In this document: piece after piece, positions 38,620-54,351 of the stretch | Position numbering within the stretch: the first letter of the stretch is position 1 | Layout: every line of letters starts with the position of its first letter | Assembly (NCBI GenBank): GCA_000165425.1 | Contig: CT868307.1 | Coordinates: forward strand, 248,001-312,000 | Origin: Paramecium tetraurelia | Taxonomy: Eukaryota | Reading direction: 5' to 3' | DNA length: 64,000 nucleotides | Program-made: the position numbers and the translations under genes | The notes under the pieces: generated by a model | Told to the model about the DNA's origin: nothing | Database searches by the model: none | Seen by the model: the letters and a program-made list of their open reading frames with translations, nothing else

Positions 38620-39566
38620 GGTCGATAAAATCCTGTGTTTTCATAGATCCGCAGTCGTAATCAGATAGAATGAGATCTTAGCAAATTTGATTTATGTCGT
38701 AAGTTAATTACCTCAATTAATGATTGGATTTTGATTAGTTTAGCAAATAGATATTATTACAATATCTACTTAAGGTTTCAGAATAACTATCATATTAACA
38801 TTACTGTAAATCTAATTTTGGGACAATTCCTAATTTTAGTTTGATCAAATAGGGATCAAGGTATTTGGTAACATGGGTGCTGCATAAGTATGGCATTTCT
38901 TATGGGATTACTTCCAATGAAATAATTTCACATTCTCAGAAGCATGTACCTTCCATTAATCGACTGCAGGATACAGGACTAATAGTATTATTGTAATAGA
39001 TACATAAAATTTAATGTATACTCTTTTCATACAACATCTCCTTTATTCCATCAAGAAGTAATATATCATTATTGCTTGTTTGATTCAAACTATTTCGACC
39101 ATCTTATTTTCAGGAAACCTTTCTACATATATTGGTCTGTCCCTTATAACCATTTAGTTTAGCTATCAATTAGACTCTAAAATTTTGCATCCAGGTAATC
39201 ATAAGAACTTTCATCACTATTATATATTAATGTTATAGGATTACCTGTCTACATTCTTTATGTAATCTTATTAATCTATCTATCGATATCCTAATTATTT
39301 GAATTATCTTAATAATAGTATATTTGGCAATTAATGAACTGGACGCTTAATGGTTGCTAGCAATCTAGATTTTGGCTCTCTCTTGTTGTGTTACTATTCT
39401 GTCCTTGATTGTATAATTAGGATATTACTAAGTCCCTTTTGGGATTCAGATCAAAATCAGTGATACTAATAGTTGTTAAATCAAAATATATAAGTAGAGA
39501 GACTTTAGTCTAATGATATCGTTTATAATAATTAGTGTTCATTATCGCTTCAATTTCATTTTTCAT
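38620..39566 (-). CDS. Probable hypothetical protein (exon structure unresolved)
   Basis: About 160 TGA-free codons from ATG 39566, then further open segments joinable by 25-32-nt GT..AG introns. The stop codon was not fixed. Confidence 0.4.
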
Positions 39567-39593
39567 ATTACCATATTAATTAAAACAATTTAC

Positions 39594-40609
39594 ATGGAAA
39601 AATTCCCTTAATTATGTAAATTATTCGTTTATAAGAGATCTCTCGATCTTCTCACCTATAATTAGGAGGATATATCCCAAACACTGTGTCAATTCCAATA
39701 ATCTTTTTTCAAGAATCAAACAGCGTAGACCTAGATAAATGAATTAGTCTCTACCACATTAAATAAGAATTCCAACTCTCGAACAAGATAATCCCTATTC
39801 TTAAGAATAGAGCGATAAAAATATCAAAAGTTACCTCTAGCCATTAAGGAATGCAGTCGCTAAAATCACAGAATAGAGATAAGAACAATAATACAGACGT
39901 AAATCAACTTATGGATAGCTATTTGGGGAAATGACCAAAAAAGAAATGGGCAATCTTCCCACCCTCGTTGAATAACATAAATAATTTAACAAAAAGGAAC
40001 TAGCCTTAACCAGTTTCGCATTGATGCTAGAGAGAAAACAAAGAAAAAAAACAACCAGAAAATTATCCAAAAGACTGTCCAAACAAGAATCGATTATTGG
40101 TATTAACTCTATCTAATATATTAGAATTTGACAATATGGAAAGACCTCCCTCCTGTATCACGCCTCCTAAAATAGTTCAAACACCAAAACCTCAGTTAAA
40201 ATCAAAAAATAAGTTGAAAAAGGAAATATATTTAAAAGACCAAGATTTCAAATTTGGGCATTTTCTAACAGGTAGATTGTAACAGAGTAAGAAATTACAA
40301 CCAGAACTCAATCATAAGATTCGATACCATTGTCAAACACAATCCTGTGCCTCTCTACCTAATGGACAACTTAGTTCTTTTGCATCATCTCCTAAAGTTT
40401 TGACAACCATCAAATCAAATACTTTGGCAATAATCCAAGATTTCAAGCTTACTTCTAGAAAATAAGTTGTCAGACCCTATACAAAACACAATACACTTTT
40501 GTTAAAATAAATTTAGTAGACATTTGAAATGAAACCATAAAATAGAACAAATAAACATTCGATAAAATATACTAAAATTATGTCTGAAAGCAATTAATAT
40601 ATTTATTGA
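39594..40609 (+). CDS. Hypothetical basic low-complexity protein
   Basis: Long ciliate-code frame with an intron at about 40100-40124 and TGA at 40607. The start is uncertain. Confidence 0.6.
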
Positions 40610-40634
40610 GAGCATTTCATATAAGTATTTTTAA

Positions 40635-42341
<1,707 letters not shown>

Positions 42342-42477
42342 CAACAAATCTGTTAAATTATTTATATTATGAACCAATAAATTAATTATTATAATAACAA
42401 ATTTTTCAGTTTCACATATCAAGTTCCAATTGAACTTATATACAACAATAATAATAATTAAATAACTTTACATAAAT

Positions 42478-43984
42478 TCAATAATTATGAGACTGTGCTT
42501 ATTGTTTATCCCTGTTTAAACATCCAAATGCTGAAAATACTTTATCCATGAATCCCAACTCCTCTTATCTTGGCTATTGCCCTTAGATTTCTCTTAACCC
42601 CTGAGCCATTTATTATCTTTAGGAAAGTCTGCTGACTCTGGCCTTAAATTCTTCCTCCTAATTGTAATTAGAGGAGGCAGTCGATTTACCATTATTACCA
42701 TTATTGTTGCTGTTATATTGAGAAACATAATTAGAGGATTTAGATAGGGGTTTTAATTCAGAGTTACTATTTTGGTTGGGTCCTTTAACAAATGATCTTG
42801 TTATGATATCATCATTTTATGGAGAGATCGATCGATTAGAATCGTTGTTTTTATCTTCCTTACACATGTAGGATCTGAGATCAATTCCATAGCTTTTGTA
42901 GAATTTCTTCATCCATGGATGTTCAAAGATCTAATTCATTGACAGTCTCTCGATTGGGTTCTACTTGAGTATTCCTTATATCAATTATTTAGCTTCAAGT
43001 GATAATGTTAGATCGTATTCAATTGGTGTCATCTTGATGATGTTGTTGCACTTTTCATTTTCAGTTCTCCCCTTGAATGGAGCAAATCCATGGATTAACT
43101 CAAATAACAAGATGCCCAAACACCAAATATCTAGTGTGAAACTATAGGGTTGATTGGTCAGCATTTCAGGAGCCATATAATCTAGAGTGCCACAGAAGGT
43201 TCTTCTGACTCCATTTTATGTGGTCTCGGCTGACCAGCCAAAATCACAAACTTTAATATTTCCTTGTTTGTCTAGCAATAGATTTTCAGGTTTGAGATCT
43301 CTGTGTATGATATTTTTCTTGTGCAAGTAATCTATTCCCAAACAAGTCTGGAAGAAGTAGACGAAGGCTTCATTTTCTGGGAGTCTTCTTCTTTTCCTTA
43401 TATAACTAAACAGACTTCCATTCTCTTAAAAATATAGGATTTTATTATACCTGCTAATTCTAATATAAGAAATACATTTTCTTTGTCTTCAAAATAGTGA
43501 AATAGCTTGGTTATATGTGGATGTTACAATCTTCTTTGAATTTTAATTTCTCTCTTAAGATTTTCAACAGAACAATACTCGAATATTTGTTTTTTGTTCA
43601 TCTATGTTCAATGATAAACGTTACCACTTTCATTGCATACATTTGCCCATTCTGTTTGTCCTTGACCAATTTGACACAACCATAACTACCTTTACCCAAT
43701 TCCATTTTATTATCCTTGATTATTATTTCGAAGTCCTCTGGCGATCTGCGAATGGATTTCAAGGTGGATGCAGAGTCATTCAGTTCAGTTATACTCTTTC
43801 CTTTGACGGGATGGCAATTATTCTTATGTGATAAAGTCCTATTGAATTATCGATTCTCAATATACCAATCGGTGTCTCTGCATTTCTGGGAACAATACTT
43901 CATATTCTAACAATAAGAACACGAGTAGATTGCATTGCTACCGGTGGTGTTGATACAATATTTATATGAGCAGCCTTAATTCAT
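42478..43984 (-). CDS. Aurora-like Ser/Thr kinase with N-terminal MYND zinc finger
   Basis: N-terminal CSYKYC...[24 protein letters not shown]. Kinase motifs [20 protein letters not shown] and [15 protein letters not shown]. Confidence 0.92.
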
Positions 43985-44016
43985 TTAATAAAATATAATA
44001 ACGCATTTAATTTATA

Positions 44017-45153
44017 TCAATTCATGCAAAACTTTCCCATTGAAGCTAACTTCGACTTAGTATAGGCTGGAGTAGGCAAATCATTCAGATTCATTCCCAA
44101 TTATTTAAGTATATAAGGATTCTGGGTCTGATTTGGATTCGGATTAGTAAGTGGATTATATAATTGGTTTTACTCCGAAACCACACTCCGAACAGGTGTT
44201 GAGATCTAGCTTATCAAATTCTCTTACATTGGTTTGTCTCTCAGTGTTCTACCAATAGACTGAATTAGCCTGTTGATAGCCATTCAATTTCACCTCATTT
44301 CTGTTCTGTCTTCTCTTCTGTTATTGTTCTTGCAACTGAATCGAAAGTATCGAACTGTACTTTTCCTTAGATACATCTTCCAATTCCTTCTAATATCTGT
44401 ATAGCTTCTCATCTTGCTATTACTTTTCCAAAACATTTTTAGAGATGATGTCATCTAACCCTTGCTTCGGATCTCTGTAATTTTCCAAATACATTGCCTA
44501 TAATTATTGCTGTCTGTTTTGGACATTCTGATAGTACTTTTAATATATATAACTAATTAAGTACTTATTTGTAATTGTCTAACTTCCTTTATATTTTTGT
44601 ATTCTCTTGATGAACTTATTCCTAGTAAACCGCCTAGTCAAACTTTTTATAATTCATTTCATTCATCTTTTTAATCTACACCTGACCGTATTATTGATCC
44701 TGCACTTTTCGATAATAATCTTTCTTTTATTTTTCAAAGGACTCAGCCATTGTTTGCCCTTGCTTTGCAGTGTCAATGATTTGTTATTCAATCTATTATC
44801 TTTCTTATCTCTATCAATATAGATAACATTACTAGTTATTCTTGATTGATTCTTTAATTAGTTAGTGAATTTTCATACCATTTTGATAAATCCTTCCTGA
44901 TAAACTACTTGTTTTGTCCTTCCATGAGATATTGCATTTCTTTTTCTTTCCTCAAATTTTCCAAGTATAAGAGTTCCTCCCTTTATTTTTGTGTTGTTAG
45001 AGATCTCTTTCTCCTCTCCATTTCCAACTATTGGTCCTAGAGTTACTACTTAAGAAGCTCCTATTACACCAATCTGAAATCCCTTGCTTGATCATGCAAT
45101 TAACGATTCACATCATATTCTCTATAATCATCATATTTGATAGGCAAAATCAT
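44017..45153 (-). CDS. Coiled-coil protein
   Basis: E/Q/K/R-rich ciliate-code frame with an intron near 44541-44565, ending GKFCMN then TGA. Confidence 0.75.
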
Positions 45154-45188
45154 ATTTTAATAATAAAATTTTGGTTCCTGCAATAATA

Positions 45189-48100
45189 ATGGATCCAGCC
45201 CCTTCATTTAGGAACAACTCCGACCAGTAAATGCGAGATGTCCTATAACTGAATCAAAAGCATCAACTTCGAAGTTACAACGAGGATGTCGCAATGATCC
45301 AGTAAGCAAAGGATGCCATAGTATTGTTCCCCACTTATTTAAGTATAGACTTCAAGTGTGCACATGAACAATCTGTTGAAGGACAGGAAAGATCAATACG
45401 ACATCGTATTGACTTAGCGGAAGTACCTTTGGAAACAGGAAGAACAAGTCTATAATGAAATCGATCAACTCAGAGATAGTCATAGAAGATATCAAGAGAG
45501 TGTGAATCGTTATGGAATTCGAAATAACAATTTGGAAGCAGAAATACAGAGTAAGTTTGAGTAAGTGAATTCAAAACTTAATTTCATTTAAGAGGAAAAG
45601 AAGCAAGTCACTAAAAACTTCAATCTAATTTAACAATCTTTAGTGAACAGCAAATCTAAATTGTCTAGTAATGGGCAATTTGTTATTGAAAGCAATCAAC
45701 AATATGACAAATTAGTAGATTTCATACACAAATAAGAACAGAAGGTTAAATATTTAAAGAATGATCAAACTAATTTAGCTATTAATTAACTCATACCATT
45801 TGACTCAAAACTCCAATAAAGTATGCATATCAAATAAATTTTATTCAGTGGCTCAAGACACATATGAAAAACAGCAAAAATATGTTTATTAAGGAACTAA
45901 GTTCTAGGGAAATGAATTGCAAAAAATAGCAGCATTTAGCACCTTGAGAAAGAAGATTGAATAACATGTATAAAAAAAGGGATTCCAAGAAGTCATCTTG
46001 GATTTACCATTCAAATTAGATGAAAAATATCAGAAAGAAAACACTAAAGCAATAGCCTACGATTCTACACTACAAGAACTGGATGAATTCAGAAATGACT
46101 ACATTGCTAAGGGAGGGAATGATCCTAAATTTCTAAAGGAAATCAATGAATTGGAGAGATAATATAAGGAGAATCACCCTCTTGGAATCTTTGATGCCAA
46201 TAATTAATTGAGTCACCCTAAGAGCTAGGATTAAGTATCTTAGAATCCCATATTCACTTATTTACCTCAACAGTATCAGAAGGATATCTTAGATTTGGAG
46301 TTCAAACTCTAAGAATAGAAAGAGGCAGATCTGAAGAATCCATAGATGAACAAATAACTGTTAAGATCCCAATTAAATGTGAGTGATTCAAGCAAGGTTG
46401 ATGAAATCATATTGGAAAATCTCAGATTCGAAGAAAGTGAATTACTATTGAAATCTAAGAATAATGAATATTACAAATTGAAATACAATGAAATTCAGAA
46501 ATTAAAGTAGATTCATGAACGTAATTATCTGGAGAAGAAAGTGCAAGAGTAATTGGCTTTAAGGTAGATTGAAGATGACATGTTGAATTTTAAAGAAAAA
46601 GGATAAACGAAGTTGACTTATTTATAGTAGTTATAGTAAGGTATTGGCACTAGACCTTTGTTTTATGATTAAGACACTGGATTTGTAGTGAGAATTGACT
46701 TTGTCAATAAGTTACCAATTTGTTATGATTTTGTCAAAGTAGGTTATGGCATATTTATTAAAAAGTATTGATTTTTTCAAATATTTGATAGTGTGGATGA
46801 GCCCAAGGTAATAATGAACACGAACTAACATGAGTGTGTAAATGAGAACATATACTCTAAGAAGTGTGTGATTTAAGAGAAATTCGTAGAGAGGAATCAT
46901 GAAATCTTCAGAGATACATATCTCTATATAGTGTTATGGTGTTTCAGTCAAGATTTCGGTAGTGGTATGGTTCCAATATAGGTTGGTTGGTCAATCCATA
47001 AACTATTCGATGAGGAGAAACTAATGTCAGGAGGGTACTTGCTGCCCATTTACAATTCCAGCTTTACATTTGAACTTTAGAGATTGCCTGAAGTTTAAGA
47101 AATTAAGATTGGATTGAGGATATGTCTACCAGGAGATTAGAATTTGGATTTAGATAATAAAATAATGAGTCTGATGGATTATAAAGTACAACCAGTTCAT
47201 TTGAAAAAGCCAGAGTTAATTGATTAGGAAAGATAAAACGTATTCAGAGAATATAAAATTATTCCACTGCCTGAAGAATACATTCAGGTTAGAACAAATG
47301 ATACTAAATTATGGCAATCTGAACTCCCTCCTAATGTTTATAAACTGATCGATTATAATTTTATGAACGAGGAGGAAGTAGCCTTAAAGTAATAGGAATA
47401 GGAGTACGAAGAAAGGAGAATGAATAGATTAAATCGTCCCAAAAGAAGATTCATGGGAAAGTAAGGTACAATAGCAAGAGGTTCTTCAGAGAAAAAAAAG
47501 ACTATGCTTACATTCAAGCAAAGGTTAGCCTTGAAAAAAGGGGCAGTTACACCAGCAAGCACAAAGGCTAAACCTACAGAAAAAGAATAGTCATCAAGAC
47601 CATAAAGCAAGGCAGATATTTCCAGGAAGAAATTGGAGGAATCTACTACTACTAGAGTGTAAGAAAAATAGAAAAGTGCTTTGATTCCAAGTAAACCAAG
47701 AAAGTTGATGTTCAAATTAAGATCATTGTCTCAAATTTATGTTGGGGGTATCACAACATTGACAATGAAGTTAGCGCTCTTCTAAGGTATTCAATTATTA
47801 GATGATGATGATAAAAATATGTGTGTGTTTAGTAAGGAATTAGAACCTGATGAAAAGGGAGACAATTACATTAATTTTAATGAATCATTTACATTTGAAT
47901 TGAATCTGACTCAGTACTTTGAAGATTATGAAGAAAGTGAGATTTTGAGCACATTTTTATTTATAGCTATTTTTAAGGAGGTAACTAACTTATTTGGATG
48001 GCATGCAATTCAAGCCTTTGATACTTCTGATGAACATTTCAAAGTAAAAAGTGGTATCTATTATGAAAATTTGTATGGACCACCAGGACAAGCTCCACCT

Positions 48101-49814
48101 TTCAATTTCAATAAGGCAAAGCGATTGAATACTCAAATTAATTTTATCATGATGCAAGACGATGATCGTGTATTATAATTGCCAACCATTGATAATTATA
48201 AACTTGATCAAAAATGTAAAATTAATTTAATATATAATTTTAGTATTAACAGAAGAAGACAAAGAAAAGAGAAAGAAAATATATTCAGTAGCTAATCCTA
48301 AATGGAATACTCAAATACGTTTAGACATCTCATCTTTTAGAAACTTCTAATCAAAGGATGAATTTATAATGAAAACCATTGTTATCGAAGAAGAAAATAT
48401 TATTATTGATGCCATAGATAGATAATGCATAAAATTCGATCAAGTCTAATTATTTGAGGGTACAGGCAAAGGTGAATTTATTGCTAATCATTTAATAATA
48501 TTGAGGATTGGTACTAGATATTTAGTGGATACTTTCACGACTACTTTTAAAAAGTTAAATTATCTGTTTAGTTTCTTCATCAAATAACAAATTGTCGGAG
48601 TGTGTAAATTCCCTCTCTTTTCAGCAGGAGGAGCATTAAATGTAGGATCATAGAGATTGATGGTTCATGATCTAGATGATAGCGGAAAGATCGGTAAGAA
48701 AACGACTAAAGAAATGTATATTTTCATACAAGAAGAATAATTGAATCTGAAGGATATTGAGGAAACTCCCAAATATGCGCAATAAACTAAAGAATAAAAA
48801 ATTGTTAATAAGTAAGATTAGAGCAAATACTTGATTATTGAAATTGATCAACTAACAGATTACTTAAGTCAGGAACCAATTGACTTTACTATCTAGGTCT
48901 ATAATGGAGAGGAACCAGCCATGGATTCAGATGGAGTGATATGTGCATATACAAGTGTTACTCCTTTTTAACCTAAGCCAAATTATTCAGTTCCAATAAA
49001 CGAGGCAGTGTATTTTAAGATGCCAATAAATGCAATCATTGAAAGAAAGCAGGGCCTGGAAAATTATTAAGTTTTTATATCCTTTTCGGATTTAGGATGG
49101 ATTAGTTTTTAGTTATTTTTAAATGGAGAGTTAAACAGTTCTGATTTTGTTGGGAAATTATTTAGAGGCGATGTACCAGCCCCACCTGTTGATTACACTA
49201 ATATGAAGAAAATCAACACCAAGGTTTCCTACAATGTAAAGTACGATTTGAAACAAACAGAAGAGTTTAGAAATAGTTAAGTTGAAGAGAGATCAGGACT
49301 CATGAGAAGTGAAACTCAAAAGAATTTATAGTCAATACCAAGTGAATAGACTGCGAAAATACCATCTAGAAGAACGATGAATTCAAATGAAAATTTAGAT
49401 AAATTACAGATTATGTTGATAAATGTCAATGGATTTATAAACCAAAAAAAATTATAAGTGAAAGGAATTCTCATGATGGAAGGCAAGACATTATTGGATA
49501 AATATAACTAGTCTTGTTCCTTTAAGAGTGAGTTTATAGACAATGTAAAGAAGGTGGCATTCTTTAACAATGCTCGTTTTACATTTTCAGTGGATATTCC
49601 TACACTTTAAATGGAATCTTACTTATTTCTATCAATTTTTGATGAAAAGGAAACTGTAATTGCATGGTTTGGAAAGAGATTGGTATAGGCTGTTGGAAAA
49701 TTAAATAGAGGACAATAATTTGAATATCTTTTTGCTCCGCCTTTGATGAGACCGCCATTGGATCATTCACAAATACAAAACCTATAACAATCAATTTAAT
49801 TTGAAGTGAAATGA
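45189..49814 (+). CDS. CCDC17-like coiled-coil protein with repeated C2-like domains
   Basis: N-terminal coiled coil, then DEFRNDYIAKGGNDPKFL and YDQDTGFVVRIDFVNKLP. Repeated GW...LF...L...P..PP beta-sandwich-like modules follow. Confidence 0.75.
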
Positions 49815-49839
49815 ATATATGATACATCACTATTAATTA

Positions 49840-51373
49840 ATGTTAAATTGGATTCTTTTATTAATCTCAGTTGTAGCAGTATATCTGTTAGTGAATCCTT
49901 TGGTCACCATGATGAAACTTAAAATGTAGTTTGGGAATGCTGTTTATTGCAAATATTTTCCAATTTTCGGAATTATATAGGTTTATCGAAAATCATTTAA
50001 ACTTACAGGTAATGTGCATTAATGGATTATGGACATTGTCGCTAAGCATCCAGAAGTTAAGTTTGTTGTTGCTAATTCAATCAATAAACCTGTGATATTT
50101 ATTATAGATCCCGAGTATTACAAACAGATATATCTCGACCATCATCTCGTGACCAAACATGATTAAAGTGGAATCAAGGAGTATAATTTCAATCACTATG
50201 AATAGCTTTCTACTTTCAGGAGGATTATTGTTTACAGAAGGACCTAAATGGAAATAACAAAGAAATTTAGTCGGTGATCATTTCCTTTTTTAAAAATTAA
50301 AAGCAAGGATTCCCATGATAAACCAGGTGGTCAAAGAGAAGATCAATGGCATGCCTGTTGCTGAAAAGATGTTTGAATTTATTTGTACCATAACAGGAGA
50401 GGTTGTAATTAGAAGTTTCTTTGGTGTAGAAGCAGAAGGATGGAAAATCAATGGAAAAGAGGCCTAAATTGAATTGGGATCGATTTTTGCAGCTTTCATC
50501 AAACTAAGGGTGACCAATTTCTTTGTCTACTTTAAGTAAAAGATTTTGGGAGTTAAATCTTGGTAATACTGCACTAAAAAAGAAAAGGAAATCATGGACA
50601 GAGTCACCAAAATAAAACAAGACATCAGAGAAGTTATTTTCAAAAGGAGAGACAAGATTAAATAACAAGGCAATTATTAAGGTAGTGGTGACTTTTTGGA
50701 TGTGTACTTAAAAATATTCATGGAATAAAATGTATATAGTTCTGACAGAATTGAAACTGATGAGATTGTTTCCCAATTTATCACTCTCTTTTTAGCTGGT
50801 ACTGACACCACCGGAGCCTTAGTTGCCAATTCATTATTATTCATATCTGAAAATAAACAATATCTACAAGAACTAAGAAACGAAGTCAACAATGTAATCG
50901 GAAATGGAGAAATCACTCCTGAGAATATCAATCAATTAGTTTTCGTAGAAAGTTTCTTAAAAGAAGTTATGAGACTTAAGCCATCTGTAGTGTATCCAAT
51001 TGCCAGAAAGGCTAAATAAAATCTATAGATTAAGGATCTTCATATCAAAGAAGGAACTATTCTACTTTTGGGTAATTTCTTGGCCAACCTCAATTCCCAG
51101 AATTATGATAACCCACTTGAATTCAATCCAAGAAGATGGTTACAACAACAACCAATCAAATAAGATAATGGCTTCATCAATATTCCTTTTGCTGCTGGAG
51201 GAAGAAATTGCATCGGCTAGCATATGGCCATGATCGAAGCTAGAATTATTTTAGCTTATCTTATTAGGAATTACGATATCGTTAGAAATCCATAAGTTCC
51301 AAAAGTTCAATGGCCATCAAGGGGAACTCAAACCTATATACCAGATAATGCCGTTCATCTTGTTAAAATATGA
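49840..51373 (+). CDS. Cytochrome P450
   Basis: TM anchor, LFTEGPKWKQQR, LAGTDTT, KEVMRL, FNPRRW and PFAAGGRNCIG. Confidence 0.96.
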
Positions 51374-51530
51374 CATTTAACATATCATAATAAATACAAT
51401 CATTTTGTTTCCTCCAATAATATAAGACTGATCCATGTTCACCCTTATTAGAGAATAATCTAGATAATCCATATAACTTAGTCTTTTTTGATGATTCTTT
51501 TTTTAAATAAAACAATTTCAGTTTATTGAC

Positions 51531-51562
51531 ATTTTATATATATATATATAATTTTATATATA
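51531..51562. repeat. (TA)n microsatellite
   Basis: ttttatatatatatatataattttatatata between two convergent genes. Confidence 0.7.
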
Positions 51563-51680
51563 TTTTCAAATACAGTTTTGAAGCAGGTAAATGTGTAGTA
51601 TGATGGAAGTATAATATAGAAATTTGAGATAAAGACTTTGATATATTAATAGACTCAAAATCAGGTTTGAAATCGTTTAA

Positions 51681-52067
51681 TCATACAAATTAGGAGAATC
51701 CACATTGACCACATTTTTGTTAGTAGAAGTAATTCTAGCATTAGCAAACTGAGCATTTCTTTAAGAAGGAGAAGGATTTATTCAAACTTTCTGTTTTTTT
51801 GGATAAATCTTCAAGAAATAATGCTTATGAAAAAACAACATCTTCATCATCATTGCTTTCCACTGAGCTATGACTGCTTCCAGTTAAGTTTTATTCTTAA
51901 AGCTTTATAGTTTCGAATATTTATAGTCCTTAATCCTTTTTATTTGGAATAAATCTTGTTCCAGGAGCATCTCTTGTGGATTATTGACATCTGTTACAAA
52001 ATTTTCGAAATGAATAATTTAGGTTTCTGCATTCAGCACAAATCCAATCACAAGGTTTGTTTTACAT
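51681..52067 (-). CDS. RanBP2-type zinc-finger protein
   Basis: DWICAECRNLNYSFRKFCNRC, plus a second finger CSVCQCQNYFYQQKCGQC at the C-terminus. Confidence 0.88.
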
Positions 52068-54351
52068 TTTTTAGTAAGTGAGCAATTTAATTTAATTTTA
52101 TTATTCATCTTTCCTTTTATAATAAAATTAAATAATCATGCAAAAATTAATGAAAAAACCGACGTTAGATTCAATTAATTTCATACGCAATCTTTACGTA
52201 TTCTTTACTTTAATAATATAACGGACAACAATCTTGATGCAATTCGAGAATAATGAATCCTTTTCATTTAAATTATAATGAATAGGTTACTAAATGCTAA
52301 AAATAAGAAATATCGAAGTTCTCATTTTTTATTTTATTTCATTTCTTATCTGCTCCAATAGATAAATACAGTTATAAACTTGGACCTAGCATTAATTTTA
52401 CAAGGATATTTGAATATAAACAAAATTTTAATTCTTTGATATATTTCAATATTTTATTTCTATATTATTTAATAATCATTATTTCATTAAATATAAAATA
52501 ATGAAATTTCATTTATAAATTTTGATATTTGATATTTCTATGTGCATATTAACAATCAAGAAATAATCTATATTATAGCAACACAAATCTAAAAGGCTTA
52601 TAAATGATTCAGTGGTGTTGTGTATAGTACTTCGAATGAGGTTTCATCTGTTTTTTGTATTTTTATCAAGAATTAATCAGATGTTAATTCTTTTTTGTAA
52701 AAAATAGACCACAAATTTTGTTTTTAAAATTTGAAGATGTTGTAAAACTCAAAAAATTAATTATTTTATTAAATAATCTCTTTGTTTTTCTTAAAATAAA
52801 CAGGTGAATAAGTATAAATTTAATTATTTTATTAATTTATCTTTGGTATGTGACACTAAACTATTTATGTGATATTACTTTTAATTCATTTTTTTTGCAA
52901 ATACTCCCCATATATTTTCTGTAAAATTATTGATTTGTACACTTTTTTGGACTCATTCCACCATCTTAAAAAACATAAAGTTTTCCGTTCTCAAAAATTT
53001 TTATTTTCCCCACCAAAGCCTTGCTCTCTGATTAAATAATGTATTTCTAGTTTAAGAGTCCATTTTTTGTTGCCTCCATCAACAAGAAGTCAAAAATGTA
53101 GAATTAATAAGAATTACTAATCTTTTTAATCTGTGCAGACATTATTCTACCTATTTACATATATACTAAACTTCTTAGGTTATATTGGCTATTAGATAAA
53201 TTCAACCCTATTGAATGGAATTCGAATGGATTATGTAGAAACAATTTCATTTTAATCATCAGAATAGTTAATGGTATTCACTCCTTAAAATCGTTGGCAT
53301 ACACTCGAACTTTAATCAAGACTGTTTAATGATATATCGATTGCTTGGCTATATTGATTGAGATCACATTGACTTGAAGATATCATAAGATAAATTAATA
53401 ATTAATTAGATAAAACAAACTAATTTCAGAGGAACTGCAACCGAAAGTCTTCATAAAATATTCATTTATTATTTATAAAAAGTTCTTTTGAATAGTCTTA
53501 AGCTAAAATTAATAAATTATAAGGTGTGAATGTTGATGTTAATTTCGGAATATAAACGTAAATATTATAAATAAAATTCATAGTTCCACTAATTATAGTG
53601 TTCTTCTTTAGGAGATGGAATAATATTTTTTTATGAAAACAACTTAATTTGTTAATTTAAGGTTTAGACTTTTGTAATTGTTTTAACAATTGTTTATATA
53701 CTTTTTTATGTTTGATCTTATAATTATTATTGTATTATAAATCTCAAATATAAAAGAAATGAGTTTTGATCAAAAGAATCAATAATTTAATGAAAAATAT
53801 TTCTTTTGCCATTTTTAAGACTGAGATATTTTATAAGTCATCCAGATTATATTATTTTTATTAGGACAATTCATTTAAATTTTAGTAAAGTTAGCTATTT
53901 TAAATTATCAAATAAAATCAGTAATTTAAATAACCAAAAAACATACTAAACTCTTTGTTTTAATTTATTATTACACACATAGATAGCAAATTCTTTAAGA
54001 ATAGTAATAAATATCATTATAAATAGCTTTGCCAATTGTGTTTAATAATCTTTAATAATTATTCAATTTACTTGGTTTCAGTTTAAATAAAGTTCCATTA
54101 TTGGATATCTATTTCTAGATGAAATTTCTCCTTCTTAAGAAGTAAGATTATTATACAATTTACATTTTTGATTTTATACAAATAATATAATATTTAGGTT
54201 CTATGAGATAATGGATTGCAACATTAAGGATAGGATAGCATCCAAGGTGAATATTTTCAGAGTTAGAGATTCGCAAATGATAAAGGAGATATAGAATTAA
54301 TTATTGCTGTTTTGCAGAGCATAAACAATCAAAGTGATTTCACTTATAAAA

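Noticed and set aside
38596..38672. ATG...TGT TGA (Cys-Sec-like) selenoprotein start
   Set aside because: A second TGA follows soon after, no selenoprotein fold or SECIS element was recognised, and the opposite strand explains the region better.
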